Source of the DNA: Candidatus Multivoradales bacterium
GTDB lineage: Bacteria; Acidobacteriota; Thermoanaerobaculia; Multivoradales; J023
Length of the DNA stretch: 64,000 nt
Direction: 5' to 3'
Assembly: GCA_965248925.1 (NCBI GenBank)
Contig: CBDFLE010000006.1
Span: 2,432,001-2,496,000 of the forward strand
This document shows positions 27,970 through 37,426 of the stretch, piece after piece; position 1 is the stretch's first letter, and the number at the start of each line of letters is the position of its first letter. Both the position numbers and the translations under genes were made by a program. Under the pieces are notes generated by a model that worked only from the letters and a program-made list of their open reading frames with translations, had not been told where the DNA came from and did no database searches.

Positions 27970-29537
27970 GGCGGCGTCTCCTCGCGGCGCGCGGCACTGT
28001 AGTAGCTGGCGCCGCGGACGTTGTGGTGCTCGATCGGCGCCGTCACTTCGGTGGGCTCGGGCGCTGCTTGCTGGTCCAGGCCGCTCTTCAGGATCGACTT
28101 CACGCTCTTGTAGGACAGGCCGTGAATGGCGAGCGCGCGGCGGCACGCAGCCTCCAAACGATTGGCACCATAGGTCTTGCCCAGGCGCATCAGCCCCAGA
28201 CACGAGCGAAAGCCGTGCTGAGGATGGGAGCGGTTAAGCATGATGGTCTCCACCAGTTCGGCCGTCGCCTGGCCTGTTTTCGCCGCCCAGCTGATCAGCC
28301 GTGTCGGTGTCCACTCCAGGTACGCCTGGTGCGCTTTGGGCATGTGCTCGCTCTGGGTCGTGTGCCGACCCCGACACCGATTGCGACGATGAGCAGCCAC
28401 ACGCTTGCCGCGATCGAGCACCTCCACCAGTTGCGCCGTCGCCCGCAGATCGAGCTGCTTCTTGATCAGCTGGTACGGCACACTGTAATAGTGGCCCTCG
28501 AACTCGACGTGGTAGTCCGGGGCAACGCGTACCTTCTTCCATTCGGCAAGCTCGTAGGGCTGGAGCGGCAAAGCACCCAGAGCAGGACGATCGACCTGCT
28601 CGAACAGCGCTCGGCGCGAGACGCCCAACACCTTCAGCGGACGGTCGTTAAGCTCGACCAGAAGCTTCGCGATGCTCTCGTTGAGCTCTCGCAGGCTGAA
28701 GAACTGCTGGTTACGCAGCCGGGCCAGAATCCAGCGCTCCACTTGCAATACACCGTTTTCGACCTTCGCCTTGCCTTGGGGCTTCCTCACCCGCGCCGGC
28801 ACCACCGCCACGCCGTAGTGCTCGGCCAACTCCGCGTAGGTGCGATTGATCTCCGGCTCGTAGCGGCACGGGCTGGTCACGCCGCTCTTCAGATTGTCCG
28901 GCACCACCAGCTCGCTCACCCCGCCCAGAGCCGCGAAGGTCCGCACATGAGAGCCGATCCAGTCCTCCAGGCCCTGGCTCCACGTTGATTCGGCATAGGT
29001 GTAGTTGCTCGCCCCCAGCACCGCCACGAAGATCTGCGCTTCGCGCGCTTTGCCAGTCGCCGGGTCGATCACCCTCACGGTCTGTCCGGCATAGTCGACG
29101 AACAGCTTCTCGCCCGCCCGGTAGGCTTGGCGCAGGCACACATCCAGGCGCCCTTCCCAGATCCGGTACAGCTGACAGAAGCGGCTGAAACCGTAGCCGT
29201 CAGGATGGTCCTCCCGGTACTCTTGCCACAGCAGCGACAGGGTTACGCCCTTCTTCTTCAGCTCGCCATGCACCTTGGTCCAGTCGGGCAAGGCTCGCTG
29301 ACCACCCCTCCGAAGCGGCTGCGGCCGAGGGTACAGGCGTTGCTCCAGCTCAGCGTCGCTCAAAGCTGCTACTTGCTCCCAGCTCAGGCCTTCAACCTTG
29401 GCTCGCAGCAGGTAGTTGCACACCGTCCCGTGGCCCAGCCGAACCGACCGTCCGATCTGGCGGTGCGACAGGCCATGCTGCCATTTCAGTCTCAGTACCT
29501 CGCGTATCTTGCGCATCGATGTCCTCACTCTCGGCAT
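27963..29537 (-). CDS. istA: IS21 transposase
   Basis: MRKIREVLRL HTH, GEKLFVDYAG, VPDNLKSGV, KAKVENGV, HYYSVPY. Confidence 0.95.
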   Translation of the reverse strand: MPRVRTSMRKIREVLRLKWQHGLSHRQIGRSVRLGHGTVCNYLLRAKVEGLSWEQVAALSDAELEQRLYPRPQPLRRGGQRALPDWTKVHGELKKKGVTLSLLWQEYREDHPDGYGFSRFCQLYRIWEGRLDVCLRQAYRAGEKLFVDYAGQTVRVIDPATGKAREAQIFVAVLGASNYTYAESTWSQGLEDWIGSHVRTFAALGGVSELVVPDNLKSGVTSPCRYEPEINRTYAELAEHYGVAVVPARVRKPQGKAKVENGVLQVERWILARLRNQQFFSLRELNESIAKLLVELNDRPLKVLGVSRRALFEQVDRPALGALPLQPYELAEWKKVRVAPDYHVEFEGHYYSVPYQLIKKQLDLRATAQLVEVLDRGKRVAAHRRNRCRGRHTTQSEHMPKAHQAYLEWTPTRLISWAAKTGQATAELVETIMLNRSHPQHGFRSCLGLMRLGKTYGANRLEAACRRALAIHGLSYKSVKSILKSGLDQQAAPEPTEVTAPIEHHNVRGASYYSAARREETPPC

Positions 29538-29765
29538 CCAATTCTCCTTTCAAGGAGGCTGGAATACCCCAATTGTGAGGAGCGCGCTACCGTCGAACTC
29601 CGCCGTGGCCAGGATTCCGATCCAATCTGACCACCCATTCCGATCGACCCGGAAAAGTGGTCACTTTCGATCGGAATCGATGGTCAGATTCCGTTGGAAT
29701 CACTGGTCACTTTCAATCGGAATCGGTGGTCGGTTTCCGTCGGTGCAGGCAGTAGAGTAGGCCGC

Positions 29766-30191
29766 ATGAAGGCCGAACAGGAAACCCAGCGGGTTCTTGC
29801 TGCACTCCGCGGGAGAATCAAGGGCTCGCCCTACAGCCAACGCCAGATAGAAATCAGCGTCGGATTCTCGCGCGGTTACCTGTCCCAGCTTCTGGCGGCC
29901 AGCGTGGAACTCAAGTTCCGGCATCTGATCGCCATCCTCAATGGTTTGGGTGAGGCCCCCAAGAACTTCTTTGCCGAACTCTATCCGCCAGGACGACTGG
30001 CTAGTTTGGAGCAGTTCAAAGCGAACTCCAAGCCCCTACCCGAGTCCATGGACCGCCTGCTGGGTAGCCTCTATGAACTCGGCCTCGACTCATTGGCCGA
30101 CTTGCGCCAGCGGGTAGAGTCCTGCGAGAGCAACATTGAGCGGCTAAAAAAGCGGCGGATCGCTGGCGACCGCGACTCCGGGGGCGGCTGA
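29766..30191 (+). CDS. XRE-family HTH regulator with C-terminal coiled coil
   Basis: SQRQIEISVGFSRGYLSQLLAASVELKFRHL; ATG 29766 (ORF extension into the IS is spurious). Confidence 0.82.
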   Translation: MKAEQETQRVLAALRGRIKGSPYSQRQIEISVGFSRGYLSQLLAASVELKFRHLIAILNGLGEAPKNFFAELYPPGRLASLEQFKANSKPLPESMDRLLGSLYELGLDSLADLRQRVESCESNIERLKKRRIAGDRDSGGG

Positions 30192-30193
30192 AA

Positions 30194-31204
30194 GTGGAGC
30201 CACTCAACGTCGATGGGTGCCGGCGGCTACTCGGCGAGGTCGAGGAGGTACGCCAGCATAGCCCCGGTCTGAGCTTGCAGATGGCGACGGAAGTGCGCCA
30301 ACTGGCGGCCGGACTGGATCGGTCCGAGGCCGGAGAGAGCAGTTGGTTGGAACTCCAGGCTGAAGTGTGGATCGTGCTGGCCGGGATCTACCGCTCGCTC
30401 GACGACCTCGGGCAAACCGAAGCGGCCCTCAACGTGGCGCTTGCCTTCCTCGATCAACGGCAGCAGCCGGCCAGCTGCTCGCCAATCCACGCTCGCCTGG
30501 CCTGTCGCGCCGCCTACCTGCGGTGCGACCAGGGCAGAACGGCCGAAGCCCTGGCTTTGATCGATGAAGCGATCGGCATCTACCGGCGACTGGGTTTGCT
30601 GGTGTCCGCGGCTCGGGTCGACCGGGCGGTCATCTTGACTCGGGCGGGGCGACCCACGGCAGCGATCGACGCCTTATGTAGCGCCCTCGACACCCCTGGA
30701 ATCGGCTCCCAACCCCTCATTTTTCTGGCCGCCATCCACAATATGTCCTGGCTGTTGCAGCAGCTGGCCAGCACCACCGCCGAGACCCGCGAGGCACTCG
30801 GTTGGCTGCGCTTGGCGGTGAGATTGCACACCTTAGTGCCTGAGAAGCTCAACCTGTTCAAGCTGCATGGATTGCTCGGCATCACCGCCTTCAAGCTCGG
30901 AGCGGTCGACGAGGCCACCGAGCACCTATGGTTGGCCCACGGCGGTTTCCGCCGTCTGGGAGCCACCCGCGAACAGGCAGGGGCGTTGCTCGAGATCGCC
31001 GCCATTGAACTGTCGCGGGGTGCGGCTCAAGCGGTCAAACGGCTGGCTGGGCACCTGTTCTCGATCCTCCGTCACCCAGCTCTTCCCCGCGACTGCGCTG
31101 CCGGCCTACTGCTCTTTGCCCGCGCCGCCCAAGCAGAGCGCGCCACTCCCGAACTGGTCCGTGGAGTCCAAGCGCGACTCGATCGCTGGGACGATCCGGG
31201 CTGA
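30194..31204 (+). CDS. TPR-like helical repeat protein
   Basis: EALALIDEAIGIYRRLG, LAAIHNMSWLL repeats; resembles the TPR part of 2312..4033. Confidence 0.75.
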   Translation: MEPLNVDGCRRLLGEVEEVRQHSPGLSLQMATEVRQLAAGLDRSEAGESSWLELQAEVWIVLAGIYRSLDDLGQTEAALNVALAFLDQRQQPASCSPIHARLACRAAYLRCDQGRTAEALALIDEAIGIYRRLGLLVSAARVDRAVILTRAGRPTAAIDALCSALDTPGIGSQPLIFLAAIHNMSWLLQQLASTTAETREALGWLRLAVRLHTLVPEKLNLFKLHGLLGITAFKLGAVDEATEHLWLAHGGFRRLGATREQAGALLEIAAIELSRGAAQAVKRLAGHLFSILRHPALPRDCAAGLLLFARAAQAERATPELVRGVQARLDRWDDPG

Positions 31205-31384
31205 GGACGACTCCGGGTAGGGAGTGAAGAGTTCGGGCCACGGACCGCCGTGGCCCGAACTCCACTCCGAGGGCTCAACCGCCTGGTTCGATCATGAACG
31301 GATGTTTCATCGACTGCTCCTCGTGGTTGGTTGATAGATCTCTGGAAACCCGCTGCGAGTTGCCAAAACCTAGTCACCCAGAGC

Positions 31385-31480
31385 CAAATTTGCGACGGAA
31401 GAACCTATTAAATAAGAAATATTTGGTTTATTCAGAGATTATCTTGAAATACTTAATTCTCTCGCCTATGATCCGAGCAG
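31385..31480. promoter_or_regulatory. AT-rich promoter/regulator-binding region
   Basis: very AT-rich stretch (ATTAAATAAGAAATATTTGGTTTATT..) in a GC-rich context between regulator genes. Confidence 0.45.
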
Positions 31481-31614
31481 GCCAACCAAGCAATATTGAG
31501 ACGCACTATTTGGCCAGCGTCTTGGAGCGGACAACGTCTTGGATCGAGTGGGATGGTGAAGCGTGCGGGGGTTGCAGTTCAACCGCCGGCTTCAGCCCCC
31601 GAAGGAGGGATGAG

Positions 31615-32187
31615 ATGCCGGAATCCGGCCGCCTGTGGGTCGATCGGAACTTTGTATCGAGGCTGCTGCTCGGAGCTCTTAGCGAGCACGAACAGCGCCT
31701 CCTGGTAACCCGCCTACTGCCCCACGACGCTCAGCTTCGGCAACAGATCCTGTCGCTCGTCGGCCCCTTTCAGAGTTTCGATGGCGACCTGATGGAGCGC
31801 TTCTCCACCAGCCTGACAGAGGATTTGGACTCCACCGAAGTGCGCCGCGAACTGATTGACCTAGGCCGCGCCCGAGCGCCGGACTTGGAAAGGTTGCTAC
31901 GCGACTTCTCCTTTGGCGACCTGTTCCGACTCGGCCCGGCCACCCAGCGCATCTTCTCCTGGACGACGGCCGAGCTTCTGCTGAGCCGCAGCTGCGAGCA
32001 TCCCGCCGGAGACCCGCGCCGAGAAACCGATCTCTACCTCGCCCTGATGGTGATCGATGTCCTCGACATCCTTTGCGCGAGTGGCGAACGAAGTTATTTC
32101 CCGCAAGTGATCGAAGACGTTCGCCAGAGAATCGACCGCGCTGCCGCCAACTTTGTGCAGCGCCCCAAGGAACGGTCTGACCCCTAG
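31615..32187 (+). CDS. hypothetical protein
   Basis: AGGAGG RBS before ATG 31615; helical; no family recognised. Confidence 0.65.
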   Translation: MPESGRLWVDRNFVSRLLLGALSEHEQRLLVTRLLPHDAQLRQQILSLVGPFQSFDGDLMERFSTSLTEDLDSTEVRRELIDLGRARAPDLERLLRDFSFGDLFRLGPATQRIFSWTTAELLLSRSCEHPAGDPRRETDLYLALMVIDVLDILCASGERSYFPQVIEDVRQRIDRAAANFVQRPKERSDP

Positions 32188-32229
32188 CCCACCGGTGCCC
32201 GGCCGAACCGCGCCCGGCGCCGCGTCACC

Positions 32230-32703
32230 ATGACCCGAGCGGAATCTCAACGAGGTCGCCACCACCGCGAAGCAGCACGAATCCTGCGCCGCCTGAAGCT
32301 GCTCATCCACCTCTCCAAGCCTACCCAGCGGGAGGTCGAAGAGCGGGCGGGAATGTCCCGTGGTTATTTGTCGCAGATCCTCGGTGGCAACGTCGAACTG
32401 AAACTTCGGCATCTTTTCTCAGTCCTCGAAGCCCTGGCCATCGAGCCGCGAGAGTTCTTCTCCCAGGTCTATCCCGGTCAGCGTTTCGACGCCTTCCAAG
32501 CTATTGAAAAGCTGTGGGTTCGGGGCTCGCGACCCAGCGACCGACAGCTGCGGCTCGAGCTCGCCCGCCTCTACGGCTTCGGCATCGAGACGGTTCTTGA
32601 ACTGCGCTACCGACTGGAGACCTGCGAAGCCGCTCTGCGGGAACTCGAACAACTCGGTATCCTGCCTCCCAACCCTGACGACCGAGGCTTGGGCGACGGC
32701 TGA
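32230..32703 (+). CDS. XRE-family HTH regulator, paralog of 29766
   Basis: TQREVEERAGMSRGYLSQILGGNVELKLRHL..FFSQVYP..LYGFG. Confidence 0.82.
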   Translation: MTRAESQRGRHHREAARILRRLKLLIHLSKPTQREVEERAGMSRGYLSQILGGNVELKLRHLFSVLEALAIEPREFFSQVYPGQRFDAFQAIEKLWVRGSRPSDRQLRLELARLYGFGIETVLELRYRLETCEAALRELEQLGILPPNPDDRGLGDG

Positions 32704-32820
32704 ACTGGACGGGCCCCTTAGACGACTCCCGCCGCTTGGCCGTTTGCCTCAAATAGAGCCCGGTGGTCAGCACCACCGGGTGAACAACACCACATGGTTA
32801 ACAGCACCGCCGGAGATCGA

Positions 32821-33573
32821 ATGGGCAGCACAGAGCAGATGATCCACACTGCCGGTCTAGGCAAGACCTTTGGCAGTACCACCGCGGTCGAGCACCTGGA
32901 CCTGGAGGTGGCGGCGGGAGAGATTTTCTGTTTTCTCGGCCCCAACGGTGCCGGCAAGACCACCACTATCAAGATGCTTACTGGCTTGGTCAGGCCGAGC
33001 CGCGGATACGTCCGGATCGGTGGCTTCGACGTCGTCAAGCAGCCCCTCGAAGCCAAACGGGTGGTGGGCTACGTGCCGGACACGCCAATGCTCTACGACA
33101 AGCTCACCGGCCGTGAGCTGATGCGCTTCGTCGCCGGCCTACACCGCTTGCCTGAAGACCGCTTCCAAGCCCGCTGCGAGCCGCTGCTCGATGCTTTCGA
33201 GGTACTCGAAGTCGCTGACCGCTTGATCGAAGGCTACAGCCACGGCATGCGGCAGAAGCTGTCCTTTGCCATCTGCTTCTTGAACGACCCGCGGCTGGTG
33301 GTGGTGGACGAGCCCTGGGTGGGCTTGGACCCCAAGAACATCCGCCGGATCAAAGACGATCTGCGAACGCGCTGTCGCGCCGGCCTGACCGTCTTCATGT
33401 CGACCCACACCTTGTCGATCGCCGAAGAAATGGCCGACCGGGTGGGGATTATCCATCGCGGTCGCCTGCTGCACACCGGCACAGTGGCCGAGATCAAGGC
33501 CCTGGCAAGTTCGCCAGGATCGTTGGAAGATGTCTTTCTGCAACTCACCAGCGACCTTGGAGAGAGCGCTTGA
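32821..33573 (+). CDS. ABC transporter ATP-binding protein
   Basis: GPNGAGKTT, YSHGMRQK, VVDEP, STH. Confidence 0.95.
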   Translation: MGSTEQMIHTAGLGKTFGSTTAVEHLDLEVAAGEIFCFLGPNGAGKTTTIKMLTGLVRPSRGYVRIGGFDVVKQPLEAKRVVGYVPDTPMLYDKLTGRELMRFVAGLHRLPEDRFQARCEPLLDAFEVLEVADRLIEGYSHGMRQKLSFAICFLNDPRLVVVDEPWVGLDPKNIRRIKDDLRTRCRAGLTVFMSTHTLSIAEEMADRVGIIHRGRLLHTGTVAEIKALASSPGSLEDVFLQLTSDLGESA

Positions 33574-35255
33574 GTATGGGCCAGCTGCGACACATCTGGT
33601 GGGCCCAGCGACGCATGTCGTGGCATCGCCTGGTAGCTATCAGCCAACAGTCGAAGCTCAAGGTAGCTTTCGTCTCGATCTCGGCAACCCTGTTGTGGGT
33701 AGGTTTCTTTTTCGCCGCTATCCTTGTGCTGCGATTGATCGAGATTTTGGGCAACACGGCGAGCGGTCAGGGAGCCGGCATGGTGCAGCTTCTGATGGGT
33801 CGTCTACTGGCGGCCATGGCCATGGCCCTGTCGCTGATGTTGGTGATCTCGAATTTGCTGATCTCCTTTTCCTCTCTCTACCGGGCCAAGGATCTGGGGT
33901 TCTATCTGCAACGCCCGGTCTCCCTGCGAGTGTTTTTCTTGGCGCGCTTCGCTGAGAACGTCTGGATGAGTTCGTGGGCCACCGCCTATCTGGCCTCGCC
34001 GTTGGTGCTGGCCTATGGTTGGAGCAGCCGAACACCGCTGCTGTTTTATCTGGCGGCGCTGGTCTTCTACGGCGCCTTCGTCACCCTGCCAGCGGCCCTG
34101 GGCGCTCTGCTGGTGATTCTGGCGGCACCCCTGGCACGCTACTTCCGCTGGCTCGCCTGGCCGGCCTTCGCGGTCTTCGCGGTGGCCATTTTCAGGCTCT
34201 TTCGCCGCGGCCTCACAGTGCCCGATCTGACCTCGGGAACCAATCTCCAGGCCGCGGTGGAGAAAGTCGGCTTCAGCCAATCGCCCTTGCTGCCCAGCCA
34301 CTGGCTCAGCGTCGGCATTCAACAAGCTGCCAGCGGCGATTTCGCGGCGGCGGGCCTGCGTCTGCTGCTGTTGTTGACCACTGCCGCGGTGCTACTCGGG
34401 CTCGCCACCGTCGCGATGCAGCTGTGTTATGACCGTGGCCGCGCCGCCATCGAGGAAGCCGTGGACGGCCGGAAGCGCCGTTCCGGCGGCTTGCTGGATA
34501 AGCTCACCGTACCCCTCCAGGTGCTACCGCAGCCATGGCGAGCCTTGGTGGTCAAGGACATCAAGCAGTTCTGGCGCGACCCGGCCCAGTGGTCACAGTT
34601 CGTGATCTTCTTCGGCCTGCTGGCCTTCTACCTCGCCAGCTCCGGGCAGGCACTTGCCGATCCCCTGTGGCGCTCTTGGCGAGCTGTGCTCAACTCGACG
34701 GCGGGGCTGTTGATCCTGGCCACCCTGACCACCCGCTTTATTTTTCCGCTGGTCAGTCTCGAAGGGAGGCGTTTCTGGATCCTCGGCCTTTCCCCGGTCA
34801 CCCGGCGCCAGTTGGTGTTGCAGAAGATGGGCACTAGCGTCGGCCTGACGGGCATCTTCACCCTCGGCCTGGCGGCTCTTTCGGCCCACCGCCTGGATCT
34901 CGAAGCGCCAGCCTTGGTGCTGACCCTAGGCTGTTCGGCGGTCGGCACCCTGGCCTTGTCGGGGCTGGCGGTGGGCCTGGGTAGCCTTTACGTCAACCTC
35001 GATGAAGACAGTCCGGCGCGCATTGTCTCGGGGCTTGGCGGCACCCTGACCTTCCTGCTCAGCGTGGCCTACATCGCTCTCCTCTGCGCCGGCCTGGGAC
35101 TGCTGTTGCATTGGCCGCGGCTGAGTGCCCCGAGCGAGCTGGGGCCGGGGTGGATTCCCTGGCTGGTCGGCGTCGCCATGCTGGCTCTGAGTGGCCTGGC
35201 TTGCGGGCTGCCCTTGTGGCTGGGTAGCCGCCATCTCGCGCAGCTTGAGTTCTGA
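33570..35255 (+). CDS. ABC-2-type exporter permease
   Basis: ~12 TM segments, KDIKQFWRDPAQWSQ, FPLVSLEG..FWIL; coupled to ATPase. Confidence 0.85.
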   Translation: MSMGQLRHIWWAQRRMSWHRLVAISQQSKLKVAFVSISATLLWVGFFFAAILVLRLIEILGNTASGQGAGMVQLLMGRLLAAMAMALSLMLVISNLLISFSSLYRAKDLGFYLQRPVSLRVFFLARFAENVWMSSWATAYLASPLVLAYGWSSRTPLLFYLAALVFYGAFVTLPAALGALLVILAAPLARYFRWLAWPAFAVFAVAIFRLFRRGLTVPDLTSGTNLQAAVEKVGFSQSPLLPSHWLSVGIQQAASGDFAAAGLRLLLLLTTAAVLLGLATVAMQLCYDRGRAAIEEAVDGRKRRSGGLLDKLTVPLQVLPQPWRALVVKDIKQFWRDPAQWSQFVIFFGLLAFYLASSGQALADPLWRSWRAVLNSTAGLLILATLTTRFIFPLVSLEGRRFWILGLSPVTRRQLVLQKMGTSVGLTGIFTLGLAALSAHRLDLEAPALVLTLGCSAVGTLALSGLAVGLGSLYVNLDEDSPARIVSGLGGTLTFLLSVAYIALLCAGLGLLLHWPRLSAPSELGPGWIPWLVGVAMLALSGLACGLPLWLGSRHLAQLEF

Positions 35256-35310
35256 GTCGGCGACCCGCGGCTGCAATCAACCCCGGGGATGAGATAGTCT
35301 GCGCCCGCCG

Positions 35311-35883
35311 ATGCGAAAGAACACCTCTGTACTCGACCTCCTGCTAGAACTTCAGGCCCTCGACCGAGTGCCCAGGAGCGGCTACTCGCTGCGTGGCATC
35401 GCGGTGCCCGAGAGCGTTGCCGAGCACTCCTTCCACCTCGCCATGCTGGTCTGGGCATTGTCCCCTGAGGTGCCGGAAGTCGACCGCGAGCGCGCCGTTG
35501 AGCTGGCCCTGGTGCACGACTTGGCCGAGGTCAGGACCGGCGATTTTCCGCGCTCGGCTAGTGGCTACTTTCCCCCCGGCGCCAAGCGCGCCACCGAAGC
35601 CGCCGTCGCCCGCGACCTGCTCCACCCCTTGGGGGACCGGGCGCTGGAGCTATTTGCCGAATATCAAGCCAAGAGCACCACCGAGGCGCGATTCGTCGGC
35701 GCTTGCGACCGCCTACAGCTGCTGATCAAGACCCGTACCTATGAGAGTTCGGGCGCCACGGGGCTGGATGAGTTCTGGCACAAGGACTTCCCGGACGGGG
35801 GTTTCGAACCGATTAGGCAAATGCTCGACGAACTCCAACGCCGCCACGCCGCACAGCCTGGGTCCAAGCCCGGTCGAAAGTAG
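35311..35883 (+). CDS. HD-domain hydrolase (YfbR/HDDC2-like 5'-deoxynucleotidase)
   Basis: RSGY..ESVAEHSF, ALVHDLAEVRTGD, EARFV..CDRLQ. Confidence 0.88.
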   Translation: MRKNTSVLDLLLELQALDRVPRSGYSLRGIAVPESVAEHSFHLAMLVWALSPEVPEVDRERAVELALVHDLAEVRTGDFPRSASGYFPPGAKRATEAAVARDLLHPLGDRALELFAEYQAKSTTEARFVGACDRLQLLIKTRTYESSGATGLDEFWHKDFPDGGFEPIRQMLDELQRRHAAQPGSKPGRK

Positions 35884-35889
35884 GCAGCC

Positions 35890-36429
35890 TCAGTCGGCCA
35901 CGACAGATCCACCAGCCCGGTCGAGATCGATGCCTCGCTTGGCCAGCATCGCCCGCAAACGATCATAGACATTGTCACCGACCAGTGAGTGGGCACTGCC
36001 CAGAACATCACCCATCACCGTACGCAGCCGGCGAGTACCACTCCAGTGCTTCTCGGCAAAGGGCTCCATGTCGCGGCCGAGAACTTCGGTCAGCACCGCC
36101 ACGCTGAGCAGTAGATCGTCGAGAAACCCCATCGGGCCGAGCACCAACTCGGGCATCAGATCCAGCGGCATGATGAAGTAGGCCAAGGCACCCCCCACCA
36201 ACATGCGGGTCGAGCGCGGCACTTCTTTGTCGAGCGACAGTCGGACCAGGAGGATAAACACATCGGGCGCCAGCAGCAGCGCTTGTGCCGCTCCCGGACC
36301 CAGCTTACCGCCGCGCTTCTCCACCGTGTTTGCCACCCGTTCGCGCAGCCGGTCATAGAAGCTCAGCAAGCCAGCGGACGGCAGCTGATCGTCTTCGGCA
36401 TCGACAAAGGGCGTCGGTTCATTGCTCAT
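35890..36429 (-). CDS. DUF1232/YkvA family membrane protein
   Basis: ALAYFIMPLDLMPE..GFLDD. Confidence 0.88.
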   Translation of the reverse strand: MSNEPTPFVDAEDDQLPSAGLLSFYDRLRERVANTVEKRGGKLGPGAAQALLLAPDVFILLVRLSLDKEVPRSTRMLVGGALAYFIMPLDLMPELVLGPMGFLDDLLLSVAVLTEVLGRDMEPFAEKHWSGTRRLRTVMGDVLGSAHSLVGDNVYDRLRAMLAKRGIDLDRAGGSVVAD

Positions 36430-36442
36430 GGTGCTCTCCCGG

Positions 36443-37426
36443 TCAAATCAGGTAGGCGACGGCAAAACCGATTTGGGCAAACATCATCATCAAATACATG
36501 TGTACCCAAGACGGATGATTCTCGGTCTCGGTCAGCGAATCGGGATCCCGCACTAGTAGGTAGACGGTGTAGGCACCCCAGATCGTCAACAGAACTCCGA
36601 GCCAGATCAGCAGAGTGCTATTGCCAGTGAGGATCGGATGGGCCGGGTTCTGCGGATCCGGCAAGCGCGCCCCCAGCGGTAAGAGCAGCCAGGGCAGGAC
36701 GAAAAAAGGAGCGATCATCCAGGCTGCTTTCTTTGGCCCGTAGACGATCGGCAGCGTCTTGCAGCCACCGGCCAGGTCCCCCTCGATGTCGGCGAAGTCC
36801 TTGGTCGAAGAAGCACCGATGATGAACAAGGTGAAGATCAAGCCGATAAACCAGGGCTCGGCGTGCCAGACATGGGCCACCATCGCCCAACCCGCCGACT
36901 TGAGCAAGAAACCCCGCGGAATCGCCATTGTCAAACTAGCCAGCACCCCTCGCGCCTTGGTGCGACCCAGCGCCGGCGCCGAGTAGGCGAAGGTGAAGAG
37001 CATGCCGGCCAGGTAGATGAAGAAGGTCTCGTGAAATTGCAGCGGCGCCAGCCACTTCTCGCCCCAGCCGGTGAAGGGATAGACCACCACGCCCCAGGTA
37101 GGCACCAGGGCAAGAGCATAGAACACCCAGGTGAAGATCCACGCCTGACGCAGCGACAGCGCGCCGGTGACCAGCGGTCGATCGGGCTTGTTCAGCCGAT
37201 CGATTTCGAGGTCGTAGATCTGGTTGATCGCGTTCGAAGCCGCGTTCATGAAGCTGGCGCAGAGGGAACCCAGAACGACGGTGAAGATCACCGAAGCGGT
37301 CAGCGCCCGGCTCGGATCGGGATTGTGGATCGAGCCAAAGGCGCAGATCGCTCCCGAGAGGATGCCAAAGAGGGGCGGCAGCAGGGTAAAAGGTCGCGCC
37401 AGTTTGAGGTAGGAAGACAAGCTCAT
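36443..37426 (-). CDS. UbiA-family prenyltransferase (homogentisate-PT/DGGGPS-like motifs)
   Basis: ARPFTL, NQIYDLEIDRLNKPDRPL, YSAP, KDFADIEGD..KTLPI. Confidence 0.9.
   Translation of the reverse strand: MSLSSYLKLARPFTLLPPLFGILSGAICAFGSIHNPDPSRALTASVIFTVVLGSLCASFMNAASNAINQIYDLEIDRLNKPDRPLVTGALSLRQAWIFTWVFYALALVPTWGVVVYPFTGWGEKWLAPLQFHETFFIYLAGMLFTFAYSAPALGRTKARGVLASLTMAIPRGFLLKSAGWAMVAHVWHAEPWFIGLIFTLFIIGASSTKDFADIEGDLAGGCKTLPIVYGPKKAAWMIAPFFVLPWLLLPLGARLPDPQNPAHPILTGNSTLLIWLGVLLTIWGAYTVYLLVRDPDSLTETENHPSWVHMYLMMMFAQIGFAVAYLI

Larger units (their letters stand above)
26851..29751 (-). mobile_element. IS21-family insertion sequence
   Basis: TG..CA ends; IRs TGCCTATTCCGACGAAACTGACCA / TGCCTGCACCGACGGAAACCGACCA; subterminal GACCA..ATTCCGATCGA repeats; 7-bp TSD GTAGAGT (26844-50, 29752-58); istAB. 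Confidence 0.95.

Noticed and set aside
29610-29751. Short repeats GACCA..ATTCCGATCGA as mini-CRISPR
   Set aside because: Typical IS21 subterminal transposase-binding repeats, mirrored at the other end.
31294-31614. 5' extension of ORF 31294..32187
   Set aside because: Runs through AT-rich promoter-like DNA; the strong RBS is at the ATG at 31615.
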